From the IMG/VR virus record IMGVR_UViG_3300045988_107529, positions 16,779-80,778 of that record: DNA of 64,000 nt. One strand, 5' to 3'. Position numbers and translations under genes: made by a program. This document shows positions 51,275-60,775 of this stretch, one piece after another. The notes below the pieces were generated by a model, which was given only the letters and a program-made list of their open reading frames with translations, did not search any database and was not told the origin of the DNA. Each line of letters opens with the position of its first letter. Position 1 is the stretch's first letter. This DNA is from a virus.

Positions 51275-54200
51275 ATGCGAAATTTATCAACGGAATTTAA
51301 AGAACAACAGAATAGTGGGAACCGTAACTATCTGAAATATGCAGATTTTACCTTTACGGACGGAAGCACATTATCCATTACCGACAAAGACTTATGGTCT
51401 AATGGCTTCAAATTTGAGGATGCAGTATCGCAAAGTGGTTCTTTTGATATCGGCGCAGCTATCGTAAATAAGCTGACATTGCAAATCAACAACTTTTCTG
51501 GCAAGTACACAGATTACATCTGGGACGGAGCGAGAGTCGTTTGCCATATTGGGCTTGAATTATCTACTGGTATTGAAAGAATCCGTATCTGCACCATGAC
51601 AGTAACAGATGCACCATATCAGAACACAGCAATTATCAGTCTAACTTGCGAAGATTCCATGCGATTATTTGATCGCGATTATTCAGAAAGTAAACTGACT
51701 TATCCGGCAACAAGATTACAAATCATCCAGGATGCTTGCAATGTGTGCGGAGTAACACTTCAATCTACAAGGTTTGATAATGATGATTTTGTGATTCAGA
51801 ATCGACCAGACGATAGTAGCATTACTTTCCGACAGGTAATTGCATGGGTAGCGCAGATGGGCTGCCAGTGGGCGAAAACAGATGCATACGGCAGATTATG
51901 CCTTGACTGGTATAAAAATGAAGTGCCAGACGATTTTTATAATAAGGAAGAAGTACCATGGAAAGATATTGAAGGAAAAGATATCTTAGATACTACTGGC
52001 GCACAGATTATCACTGTTATGCAAAAGGGTATTACAGCCATAGATACAAATGGATTCACACCATGGATGTACGATATCGAAATAACAGGTGTAAAAGTTA
52101 CAGAATACGTTGAAAATTCTTCTAAAAATGAAGCGAAAACATATCAGTCGGGGAAATCTGGCTACGTTATCGAAATAAGTGATAATAAGCTAATTCAAGA
52201 GGGCTCTGGCGAGAAAATCTGTCAAATTATCGCAGACAGGTGCGTGGGGCTGAAATTCAGACCGTTTACCACAGGCGCATTGACCAATATTGCATGGGAA
52301 GCTGGTGACACCATTGAGATTTCCGACAGAAATGGGAAACAGTACAAGAGCTTCCTAACTTCTGTTGCTTTGAATCCAGGCACATTTGAGCAACTTGAAT
52401 GCAGTGCTAAGAGTGTATCTAGGAATAAGCAGAAACAATACAGCCTTAATCAACAAGTACAGGCAGAAAACAAAAAGAATTTAAGAGATGAACGTACCGC
52501 CAGAGAAAAAGCTATAGAGGAGTTGTCTAATCGTTTAGCGGAATCCTCTGGCGTATATACTACCGTAGAGCAACAGCCGGACGGAAGCAATATTTATTAT
52601 CTTCACAACAAGCCACAGTTATCCGATTCTGATATTGTTTGGAAAATGACCGCAGAAGCATGGGCAGTATCTACAGATGGTGGACAACATTGGAATGGCG
52701 GTATGACTGTCGATGGTGATGTGATTGCCAGAATCCTTACGGCTACAGGTGTTAATGCTGACTGGATTAATACGGGAACCATTAAGGCTATTGATAAAGA
52801 TGGAAACACAACTTTCCTGGTTGATGTAACAACAGGAAGGGTTATTATTAATGCAGATTCTGTACAAATCAAGGGAAAAGATGTTAATGCAATTGCAAAG
52901 GAAAAAGCAGAAAAAGAAGTAAATAATTTTATAAGCAATACATACACAACTGATATCAATAATTTACAGTCTCAAATCGACGGACAGATTGAGACTTTTT
53001 TTTATGACTATGAACCAACCTTGCAGAATATCCCGGCTTCTGGTTGGACTACCAACGAAGAACGAAAGAAACATGAGGGTGACTTATTTTACTGGAAATC
53101 CAAAGGATATGCTTACCGTTTTATGCAAGATGGGGCAACATGGAAGTGGCAACTGGTACAAGATACTGATATCACGTTAGCACTTGCCGCCGCAGAAAAA
53201 GCGCAAGATACGGCAGATCATAAGCGGCGTGTATTCGTCGTTCAGCCAAAGCCACCTTATGACATTGGAGACTTATGGACGCAAGGCTCTAATGGTGACT
53301 TGATGAGATGTAAGGTTGCCAGAGCAAGCGGCTCTTATTCAGTGGATGATTGGGAAAAGGCTTCAAAGTATACGGACGATAGCTCTTTAGACTTATTTAT
53401 TAATGGTGTTTTTAAAGATTCTCTTAATTCTTTAAAAACACAGATAGACGGGAAAATTGAGACTTGGTATCAGCCAAACGATCCATCTGTAAAATGGACA
53501 AAAACAGAGGAATATCCATGGTGTGATATTGACGGAAACAAGATTCTGGATGAATCCGGGAATGAAATTGTTTTGGTATGGGAATCTGAGAAGGTAGAGC
53601 ATGAAGGCGATCTTTGGCATAATACCACGGATAACACCCAGTGGATATACAAATCTGGCATCTGGCAACCACAGTCCATACCAAATGAATTGTTGGACAA
53701 GATAGACGGTAAATCATCTGTTTACATGATTCAGCCAACACCACCATATTACGAAGGTGACTTGTGGGTAACGACCAATAGTGAAGGAAAGGCTTCTCTC
53801 AAAACCTCCACTGTAAATCGTGTTGATGGAAATTTTGACGCATCTGATTGGATTGATTTCAAGTATGCCGATAAGGACGATATAAAAAACGCAATTGATA
53901 ATTATGATAACAGTCTTGGACAGGACGCAGTGTTTAATAAGCTTACAAAAGGTGGAGTGGAACAGGGAATCTATATTCAAGACGGAAAAGTATATATCAA
54001 TGCAAAATACATTTTAGCTGGATTGCTTGCTGGTGAGAGAATCAATGGTCGAGGATTGAAAGTTATTGATGACGACAAGAATGTGACTTTAGAAATCGAC
54101 AGTAAAGGAAACGTCATACTAGCTCCAAAAACTTTTTTGTTGCAAGGGAAAACTGTAAAAGAAATTGCAGATTATTCTGCCAGTACCGCAGTTTCCGAAC

Positions 54201-55837
54201 AGACACAAGCTGATATTTTCAACAAACTTACCAATGGTGGCAAGGCACAGGGGATTTACTTGGATGAAAACGGAAATGTCTATGTAAATGGAGAATACGT
54301 GCAAGCCAAAGGAATTAGGGTTGTTGATGGTAATGGAAAGACCACTTTTGCCATTGACAAAACCACTGGTGCAGTAACAATTTCAGCTTCCAGTTTTGCT
54401 CTTGGGGATAAGAGTATTTCCAGTATTGCAAGCGAGGAAGCACAAAAGAAGATTGATGCATTGCCAAAAGATACGGACAATCTTTTAAATGGGTATCTTC
54501 TTACAAAATCAGATGTAGAAACATATTGGGATTATAGCGGAAGTATTAATTATGATGTGATAAATCCTAATAAAAGTCGTGATGGTGCAGTTGCTATTAC
54601 AGCGAATGGCTCTGATTGCTATTTGAGCGCAAAGAGAAGTAATAACCAGGTTGTACGATTGCCTGGAACATATCAAGTGTCAGTCTGGCTAAAAGCAACT
54701 CAAAACATGAAAATAAAAGTGTCGCTAAATAGAGTAGCACAAGATGTAAGCGTCACTACAGAGTGGAAAAAATATGAATTTTTGCAAAATGTTACAACGA
54801 TAAGTTCAAATTATCAATTATTTACAATCGGTGGATTCAACAGTTTTACAAGCGGTACTTTGGGAGTTTATCGCCCGGAAGTAACTGTGGCGGTAAGTAG
54901 TGAACATGTATTGAACTTGCTCACAGATAATGGGGCAAAGCAAGGAATATACATGTATAATAACAACCTTTATGTAAATGGACAATTTATTAAAGCACTA
55001 AGTATAGCTGCTGACGCTTTGAAGGCTGGTGCTGTTACCACTAAAAAATTAGACGCAAAAGCGGTCACGGCAGAAAAAATGTCCGTGCAGGAACTTGCAG
55101 CAGTTGGAGCAACAATTGCAGGTTTTATTATCAGTAGTGACAGAATAAAAAGAACACTGTCTGGCAATACATTAGATATATTCGCAGGAAATGAATACAA
55201 TCCTCCTAGTTTACTTTCACAAAATTCAACAGGCGATTTCGTGAAATACTCTGGAAATGGGGTGCAATCGAGCACACCTGCGTCATTGACTTTAGTTCTG
55301 GGAGATACAACCTCTAAAAACGGATGGACATCTGGAGCAAAACATTATTTGGGAAGAACTCAATTTAATGAAGAGGTGAAAGTAGTTGGAAACTTCTCCG
55401 TCACAGGAACTAAATCCGTTATAGCCAAAACCGAAAACTATGGCAACCAACTATTCTATTGTTATGAAACCCCAACCCCAACTCTTGGAGATTTTGGCGG
55501 TGGAGTAATTGGGAAAGACGGAATGGCAATCATCTCAATTGATGATATATTCCAGGAATCAACAGAAACAGCAATTGAATACTATGTATTCCTTCAAAAT
55601 GAGGGAGAAGGGCAGTCTTGGGTATCTGAAAAGTCAGATACCTATTTTGTTGTCAAGGGAACCCCAGGATTGCGGTTCGCATGGGAACTGAAAGCTAAAC
55701 AGAAGAACAAAGAGTATATCCGTTTCAATGCCGGAAAAGAAGACCGAGAAGTGAATTTTGAGACAGTCAACCTTGAAAATGTAATGTTCGAAGAACGCGA
55801 AAAAATTATACAAGAAATGGAAGGAGAATTATTATGA
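51275..55837 (+). CDS. large tail/baseplate-fibre protein (prophage-tail N-domain, repeated fibre modules)
   Basis: 1520 aa. It has an internal duplication of about 145 aa and three (F/L)N.LT.(G/N)G..QGIY...N.YVN modules. Confidence 0.75.
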   Translation: MRNLSTEFKEQQNSGNRNYLKYADFTFTDGSTLSITDKDLWSNGFKFEDAVSQSGSFDIGAAIVNKLTLQINNFSGKYTDYIWDGARVVCHIGLELSTGIERIRICTMTVTDAPYQNTAIISLTCEDSMRLFDRDYSESKLTYPATRLQIIQDACNVCGVTLQSTRFDNDDFVIQNRPDDSSITFRQVIAWVAQMGCQWAKTDAYGRLCLDWYKNEVPDDFYNKEEVPWKDIEGKDILDTTGAQIITVMQKGITAIDTNGFTPWMYDIEITGVKVTEYVENSSKNEAKTYQSGKSGYVIEISDNKLIQEGSGEKICQIIADRCVGLKFRPFTTGALTNIAWEAGDTIEISDRNGKQYKSFLTSVALNPGTFEQLECSAKSVSRNKQKQYSLNQQVQAENKKNLRDERTAREKAIEELSNRLAESSGVYTTVEQQPDGSNIYYLHNKPQLSDSDIVWKMTAEAWAVSTDGGQHWNGGMTVDGDVIARILTATGVNADWINTGTIKAIDKDGNTTFLVDVTTGRVIINADSVQIKGKDVNAIAKEKAEKEVNNFISNTYTTDINNLQSQIDGQIETFFYDYEPTLQNIPASGWTTNEERKKHEGDLFYWKSKGYAYRFMQDGATWKWQLVQDTDITLALAAAEKAQDTADHKRRVFVVQPKPPYDIGDLWTQGSNGDLMRCKVARASGSYSVDDWEKASKYTDDSSLDLFINGVFKDSLNSLKTQIDGKIETWYQPNDPSVKWTKTEEYPWCDIDGNKILDESGNEIVLVWESEKVEHEGDLWHNTTDNTQWIYKSGIWQPQSIPNELLDKIDGKSSVYMIQPTPPYYEGDLWVTTNSEGKASLKTSTVNRVDGNFDASDWIDFKYADKDDIKNAIDNYDNSLGQDAVFNKLTKGGVEQGIYIQDGKVYINAKYILAGLLAGERINGRGLKVIDDDKNVTLEIDSKGNVILAPKTFLLQGKTVKEIADYSASTAVSEQTQADIFNKLTNGGKAQGIYLDENGNVYVNGEYVQAKGIRVVDGNGKTTFAIDKTTGAVTISASSFALGDKSISSIASEEAQKKIDALPKDTDNLLNGYLLTKSDVETYWDYSGSINYDVINPNKSRDGAVAITANGSDCYLSAKRSNNQVVRLPGTYQVSVWLKATQNMKIKVSLNRVAQDVSVTTEWKKYEFLQNVTTISSNYQLFTIGGFNSFTSGTLGVYRPEVTVAVSSEHVLNLLTDNGAKQGIYMYNNNLYVNGQFIKALSIAADALKAGAVTTKKLDAKAVTAEKMSVQELAAVGATIAGFIISSDRIKRTLSGNTLDIFAGNEYNPPSLLSQNSTGDFVKYSGNGVQSSTPASLTLVLGDTTSKNGWTSGAKHYLGRTQFNEEVKVVGNFSVTGTKSVIAKTENYGNQLFYCYETPTPTLGDFGGGVIGKDGMAIISIDDIFQESTETAIEYYVFLQNEGEGQSWVSEKSDTYFVVKGTPGLRFAWELKAKQKNKEYIRFNAGKEDREVNFETVNLENVMFEEREKIIQEMEGELL

Positions 55838-56040
55838 GCGTGATTAAAAAGCTTACATCATTTATGAAACTGTCAACAGGTGAGGGCGATAGAATCGCCT
55901 TTACCTACTCAACGATTGATACCGAAAGTGGAAAGGTTTTAAGTCAGAACGAGAAAGGAAATTTTCTCATTTTTGATGAGGGGCTTTCTGCAAATGTTAA
56001 GGCAATTGAAGATTATATCAATAAAAATCAATTGAATTAA
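55834..56040 (+). CDS. hypothetical protein
   Basis: 68-aa ORF coupled to the tail protein. Confidence 0.45.
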   Translation: MSVIKKLTSFMKLSTGEGDRIAFTYSTIDTESGKVLSQNEKGNFLIFDEGLSANVKAIEDYINKNQLN

Positions 56041-56054
56041 AGGAGGACAACCAC

Positions 56055-56555
56055 ATGCCAAAATGGACTGAATACACATCAAAAGATACGTTAGCGGATA
56101 ATGACGAAGTAATGCTGTATGACGCAACTGCGAGAGCGAACAAGCGCGGATTAATGAGCAAGTTTTGGAATTATGTAGTGGATAAAATGTCAACGGCTGT
56201 TATCTCGAAATTGGAGACAAATAATAAGACAATCATCGGGGCAATAAATGCACTAAATAGTGACACTGCTTTCGAAAAACTCATCATGTTAGGAAATTCA
56301 AAAAACGCTATAAAAATAACGCCATCCGTTAGTTATCAGATGTTTTTTGTTTACGGATATCTGTCATACCCATGGATGGGAGTTATAGTTTCCGAAGGTA
56401 AAGTTACAAATTTCAAATTTGAAAAAGTAGGTTCTGAACCAGTATCTATAGAAAAAAGAGGAGAGGATTCCTTAATCTTAAAATATTCAAAAATATGGGG
56501 ACAAATTGTAATAAGTTCGAAATATGCTTTCAATTACGAAATACTACAGCTCTAA
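56055..56555 (+). CDS. putative tail fibre-associated protein
   Basis: MPKWTEYTSKDTLADNDEVMLYDATARANKRGLMSKFWNYV is a common N-terminus of phage fibre/receptor-binding proteins as recalled. Confidence 0.4.
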   Translation: MPKWTEYTSKDTLADNDEVMLYDATARANKRGLMSKFWNYVVDKMSTAVISKLETNNKTIIGAINALNSDTAFEKLIMLGNSKNAIKITPSVSYQMFFVYGYLSYPWMGVIVSEGKVTNFKFEKVGSEPVSIEKRGEDSLILKYSKIWGQIVISSKYAFNYEILQL

Positions 56556-56704
56556 TTTTCCTCTTCCCAGTATATCACAACAACAAAAAGGGAGCTGAGT
56601 TCCCGACTACCAATCAAAAAACTCAGCTCCAAGCACCACAAAGGGTACAGTATTATTATAGCACAGTACTCTCCCTTTGTGAACCCAAAAGGAGGGTATT
56701 TTTT

Positions 56705-57715
56705 ATGGAAAATAATAGGGAAAATAAAATGGAACAAAGAATTTTAAAGAAGAATAATTATAAAGTGTATGTTTATACCAATAAAATAAACGGGAAAAAG
56801 TATGTTGGTCAGACTTGCAGAACATTAAAAATTAGAGCTGGGAGTAAAAAGGGGCAAGGATATAAACATTGCATACGTTTTTATAATGCTATTCAAAAAT
56901 ATGGAATTGAAAATTTCGAAGCAAAAATATTGTATGATAATTTAAGCCTAGAAGAAGCAAATAAATTTGAAATTAAAACAATTTCAGAATTAAAGACAAC
57001 TGATTCTAAATACGGTTATAATATTTGCACTGGCGGTGAAGGCGCTAAAAATTTATCTCTTATGGTTCCGGTTGTTCAGTTTGACAAAAGTTTTAATTAC
57101 TTAAACCGCTATGACTCTATAAAAGAAGCAAGTGAAGCAAACGATATAGATTTAAGTAAAATTTCACTTGTGTGTAAGCATAGAGAAGGATACTATACTG
57201 CCGGAGGATATATTTGGCTACACGAAAACGAATACTTGAGTAACCGCTATAATAAAGAGAAAATATTAAGTTTGGTTAATAAGGAATTTGAACATCCAAA
57301 TGCAAGACCTGTAGTCCAACTTGATCTTCAAATGAATTTTATTGCTAGATTCGATAATATTTGTAAAGCATCAAAAACAACAGGTGTAAGAAGAAATGGA
57401 ATTAATTATAACTGTATTCATAAATTAAAAACTTCTGGTGGATACATTTGGATATATGAAGAAGAGTATGAAGAAATAAGAGGTAATAATAGTGTAATAA
57501 ATAATATTGTTAAAGAAGCACACACAATACACCATCAGAGAAAAGCAGTTATTCAATTTGATGAAGATATGAATTATATAGCTGAATTTGAATCAGTGTT
57601 AGAAGCATCCAAGAAAGCAAAAGTAGATAGAAAAGAAATTAATAATGTATGCAAAGGAATACGTAAAACTGCAAACGGCTATATTTGGAGATATAAAGAA
57701 TTGATACCACAATGA
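56705..57715 (+). CDS. GIY-YIG homing endonuclease with three C-terminal DNA-binding repeats (NUMOD/IENR-like)
   Basis: YKVYVYTNKINGKKYVGQT...R...YN.ICTGGEG, then three units of V(V/I)Q(F/L)D....(Y/F)...(Y/F)(D/E)S...AS........I...C.......GGYIW. AAAGGAGGG RBS at 56689. Confidence 0.75.
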   Translation: MENNRENKMEQRILKKNNYKVYVYTNKINGKKYVGQTCRTLKIRAGSKKGQGYKHCIRFYNAIQKYGIENFEAKILYDNLSLEEANKFEIKTISELKTTDSKYGYNICTGGEGAKNLSLMVPVVQFDKSFNYLNRYDSIKEASEANDIDLSKISLVCKHREGYYTAGGYIWLHENEYLSNRYNKEKILSLVNKEFEHPNARPVVQLDLQMNFIARFDNICKASKTTGVRRNGINYNCIHKLKTSGGYIWIYEEEYEEIRGNNSVINNIVKEAHTIHHQRKAVIQFDEDMNYIAEFESVLEASKKAKVDRKEINNVCKGIRKTANGYIWRYKELIPQ

Positions 57716-57790
57716 TTTATGCTAAAATCAGCCACGATTCTGTGAAATTTAATCATAAGAGATATATTGCATAAAGAGTTTATGCTAAAG

Positions 57791-57815
57791 AGCATCCCAT
57801 TTGGGGTGCTTTTTA
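57791..57815 (+). terminator. intrinsic terminator
   Basis: AGCATCCC-attt-GGGGTGCT followed by TTTTT. Confidence 0.65.
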
Positions 57816-57855
57816 TTATGCACTTTTTAACCTCAATAATGAAAGGAGAACATAC

Positions 57856-58662
57856 ATGAATATCAATACCTCATTAATCAGCAACAACAACAGCTACGCA
57901 GGACAAACACCTTGGTATATTGTCATTCACAATACAGATAATATCGCCAAGACAGCAGATGCCAAAGCACACGCCACTGCACAGCATAATGGCAATTTTC
58001 ATGGCTATTCAGCCCATGTATTCGTGGACGATAAATCAGCATACCAAGCCTTGCCGTATAATCGTGGGGCTTGGCACGTTGGGGTAAATTACGGCGGTAA
58101 GCTTTTTGGAACTGTAAATAATCATAATTCCATCGGAATTGAAATGTGCATGAATGCCGGATATAACTACGAAAAAGCATACCAGAATACCGTTGATGTA
58201 TGCAAGCAATTGATGAAAAAGTACAATATCCCGGCATTCCGAGTAGTGCAGCATTACGATGTGTGCGCTAAGAATTGTCCATCCGTTATCCGTAAAAATG
58301 GTGACTGGGATAGATTCAAGAAGCTCATTTCCAGTGAAACCGTGACAGCGCCAACCACAAAGCCGACAGTAAAGGTTGACAAGTATTACCGTGTTCGCAA
58401 GACCTGGAAGGATTCCAAGAGCCAGATCGGGGCGTACAAGTCATTGAAAAATGCGAAGAAGGCTTGCAAAGCCGGTTACTCTGTTTTTGACTGGAACGGA
58501 AAGGCTGTTTATTCCGTAACAGCAAAGAAAAGTGTAGCCAAAGTTGCAAAAGAAGTAATCAATGGCGAATGGGGGAATGGACAAGATAGACGAGACCGCC
58601 TGGAAGTTGCTGGCTACAACTACGCGGAAGTGCAGAAAAAAGTCAATGAATTACTGAAATAA
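57856..58662 (+). CDS. endolysin: N-acetylmuramoyl-L-alanine amidase (Amidase_2/PGRP) plus wall-binding repeats including Cpl-7
   Basis: WYIVIHNTDN, AHVFVDD, AWHVG and NSIGIEMC are amidase_2 signatures. The C-terminal AKEVINGEWGNGQDRRDRLEVAGYNYAEVQKKVNELL is a Cpl-7 (CW_7) repeat. Confidence 0.85.
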   Translation: MNINTSLISNNNSYAGQTPWYIVIHNTDNIAKTADAKAHATAQHNGNFHGYSAHVFVDDKSAYQALPYNRGAWHVGVNYGGKLFGTVNNHNSIGIEMCMNAGYNYEKAYQNTVDVCKQLMKKYNIPAFRVVQHYDVCAKNCPSVIRKNGDWDRFKKLISSETVTAPTTKPTVKVDKYYRVRKTWKDSKSQIGAYKSLKNAKKACKAGYSVFDWNGKAVYSVTAKKSVAKVAKEVINGEWGNGQDRRDRLEVAGYNYAEVQKKVNELLK

Positions 58663-58688
58663 TAATACTCCCGGGGCTTTCCCGGGAG

Positions 58689-59390
58689 CTACTTAAATGT
58701 TGTATATTCTTCAAATTCGTTTCTTATTTTCGCAAAGTCTTTTCTTCTGATGGGAACAGTATTCCCAGAAAACATAAGGAACGAAGTGTTTATTTCTTTT
58801 ACCTCGTCCATGTTTATTATGTAGCTCTGGTGACACCTCAAGAATCTGGAATCCAGTAATTCTTCAATATCGGATAGTTTACATCGTTCCGTATAAACTA
58901 TACCGCAAGTGCAGTGGATAATGATGTATTTGTTTCGGCTCTCAATATATTCGATATTTTGAAACTCCACCCGATGAATAAAGTCTTTTCCTTTTATCAT
59001 AAGAGTGCTTTTGCTGATATGTTCCAGAGCATGATTGAAAGCACTATACATTCTGCCGTTTTCAGAACCTTTTATGATATAGTGTACCGGGAGTATATCA
59101 AGAGCTTCAAAAACATACTCTTTGTGGGCTGTCCAGAAAATAATATTTCCATTATAGCCATTTAATCTCAATTCCTTTGCGACTTCAATTCCATTTTCTT
59201 CTTTCAAAACGATATCCAAAACCACAATATCATACCACTCGCCATCTGCCACATCATCAATAAGCGGCTGCCCTTTATCATACGGAGTAATCAATGCTTT
59301 TATATCACCATTTCGTTTGAGAAAATTATTAATCCGATGCATAAATATATCAATCTGGATTTCGCTATCATCACATATTGCAATTCTCAT
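58689..59390 (-). CDS. LytTR-family response regulator (AgrA/LytR type)
   Basis: The receiver domain reads MRIAICDDSE...DIVVLDIVL. The LytTR domain reads FIHRVEFQNIEYIESRNKYIIIH...RCHQSYIINMDEV. Confidence 0.85.
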   Translation of the reverse strand: MRIAICDDSEIQIDIFMHRINNFLKRNGDIKALITPYDKGQPLIDDVADGEWYDIVVLDIVLKEENGIEVAKELRLNGYNGNIIFWTAHKEYVFEALDILPVHYIIKGSENGRMYSAFNHALEHISKSTLMIKGKDFIHRVEFQNIEYIESRNKYIIIHCTCGIVYTERCKLSDIEELLDSRFLRCHQSYIINMDEVKEINTSFLMFSGNTVPIRRKDFAKIRNEFEEYTTFK

Positions 59391-59706
59391 TCAAATCATC
59401 TCTTTTCACGTAAAATTCGCCACCAGAGGTGCTAATTTCGCCATTTCCTGTGTGATTGTATATTTTTTGATACAATGTTATTGTAATACATTAAGATGAT
59501 AGTGTAAAGGGGATGGATTCATGGAGAAACATAAAAAAATTATAATTGTGTTTATACTGATATTCGTGCATGTGCTCTTGATTCAATATGTTTACTTCTG
59601 CCCGGAGCGTAGTATTATCTTTGGGAGGGGTAAAACTATCGCAATTGCAAAAGCAGAGGTAAAACAGGTTGTCCATGAGCGCTATAAATCCCTCGCTGAC
59701 AAGCAT
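59375..59706 (-). pseudogene. possible decayed sensor-kinase (GHKL C-terminus) remnant upstream of the response regulator
   Basis: Minus-strand frames read ..ALMDNLFY.. and ..NHTGNGEISTSGGEFYVKR.., split by a stop and a frame change. The similarity to HK N- and G-boxes is weak. Confidence 0.2.
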
Positions 59707-59922
59707 CCAGCCCCTTTATTTCTATCTATTATTATTACGATTTGGAAAAGCAAAAATCACAATATTTACACAAAAAAACTTATAATTCATCAAAAAATTA
59801 GAAGAAACCAGCTTCCTAGGAAAGATTTAAGCGGAAACAATTCTATCCCAGTATATGGTTATGAAAACATGATATAATTTAATAAATAAGAACATATGTT
59901 TGCAATATTGGGAGGGATTTAC

Positions 59923-60033
59923 GTGGATTACAAGAAAGAAATTATTGAGATGCTTGAAAATATACATAGCGAAAAGTTTATGAAGTTTTTGTATAACATG
60001 ATTATTTCATTTAAAAAACAATGGGGCTATTAA
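59923..60033 (+). CDS. 36-aa protein (not in ORF track)
   Basis: GGGAGGG RBS then GTG at 59923. Product is (M)DYKKEIIEMLENIHSEKFMKFLYNMIISFKKQWGY, which resembles the 50652 ORF. Confidence 0.4.
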   Translation: MDYKKEIIEMLENIHSEKFMKFLYNMIISFKKQWGY

Positions 60034-60037
60034 AAAA

Positions 60038-60065
60038 AGCAGGGAGATTAATCCCTGCTCTTTTT
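60038..60065. terminator. bidirectional hairpin terminator
   Basis: AAAAAAA-AGCAGGGA-gattaa-TCCCTGCT-CTTTTT. Confidence 0.6.
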
Positions 60066-60401
60066 GTAAAGAAATTCAATCATGTCGAAAACACTCTTTT
60101 TATCAGTGTCACTCAGTTCAAGCAACAGCTTAACATGTTCTACAGATATTGTGTCAATCATAAGTTTTGGGATAAAATCTGTTTCGGTTTCTAAATTATC
60201 TTCCCATCCCATCAAATATGCTGGAGTAGTGCAGAGCGCATCCGCCAATGGCTTTGCATATTCTGCTGGTACCTTGTCAATATCTCCTTTTTCATATCTA
60301 AATATAGTAGATCTTGATACGCCCAACTTTTCAGCAAGTTCATCAGCGCTCATACCAAGCTGTTTTCTTCTCTTTTTTATTTGTTCGCCAGTTTTCGACA
60401 T
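60048..60401 (-). CDS. CI-like XRE-family repressor
   Basis: MSKTGEQIKKRRKQLGMSADELAEKLGVSRSTIFRYEKGDI..., divergent from a Cro-like gene. AGGAGGTG RBS. Confidence 0.8.
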   Translation of the reverse strand: MSKTGEQIKKRRKQLGMSADELAEKLGVSRSTIFRYEKGDIDKVPAEYAKPLADALCTTPAYLMGWEDNLETETDFIPKLMIDTISVEHVKLLLELSDTDKKSVFDMIEFLYKKSRD

Positions 60402-60487
60402 TTTGTACACCTCCTTTCTGAAATATATAATATCATTAATGTTGCGAAAATGCAACAAAAATAATTGCAAAAATGCGAATTTTTATA

Positions 60488-60516
60488 TTGACAAATGCGA
60501 CTGCAAGAGGTAATAT
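60488..60516 (+). promoter_or_regulatory. rightward early promoter within an operator cluster
   Basis: TTGACA-17 nt-TAATAT. ATGCGA(C)/GTCGCAT half-sites are repeated across 60440-60545 and again at 60773-60792 (GTCGCAATAATGCGAC). Confidence 0.6.
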
Positions 60517-60562
60517 ATAATCACAAAGTCGCATTAATGCTACTAGAAAGGAGGTAACGCTT

Positions 60563-60775
60563 GTGGTTGTAAATATAGCAAGGCTTAAAGGTAAAATTGT
60601 TGAACATGGAAACACACAAGAAGCTGTTGCAAGCGCAATTGGTATGGATAGAAGCACTTTTTACCGCAAACTGAAAGATGGTGGAGAGAAGTTTACAATT
60701 GGTGAAATTCACGGAATTGTAAGCGCAGTTCCTTTAAGCAGGGAAGAAGCAATAGATATTTTTTTTACACAGTAG
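60563..60775 (+). CDS. Cro-like HTH regulator
   Basis: GTG start behind AAGGAGGT. GNTQEAVASAIGMDRSTFYRKLKDGGEKFTIGE. Confidence 0.65.
   Translation: MVVNIARLKGKIVEHGNTQEAVASAIGMDRSTFYRKLKDGGEKFTIGEIHGIVSAVPLSREEAIDIFFTQ

Noticed and set aside
59521-59877. 118-aa plus-strand ORF with an N-terminal hydrophobic segment.
   Set aside because: It lies opposite the putative kinase remnant, has a poor RBS context and a low-complexity K/I-rich C-terminal half. It is possibly spurious and was left uncalled.
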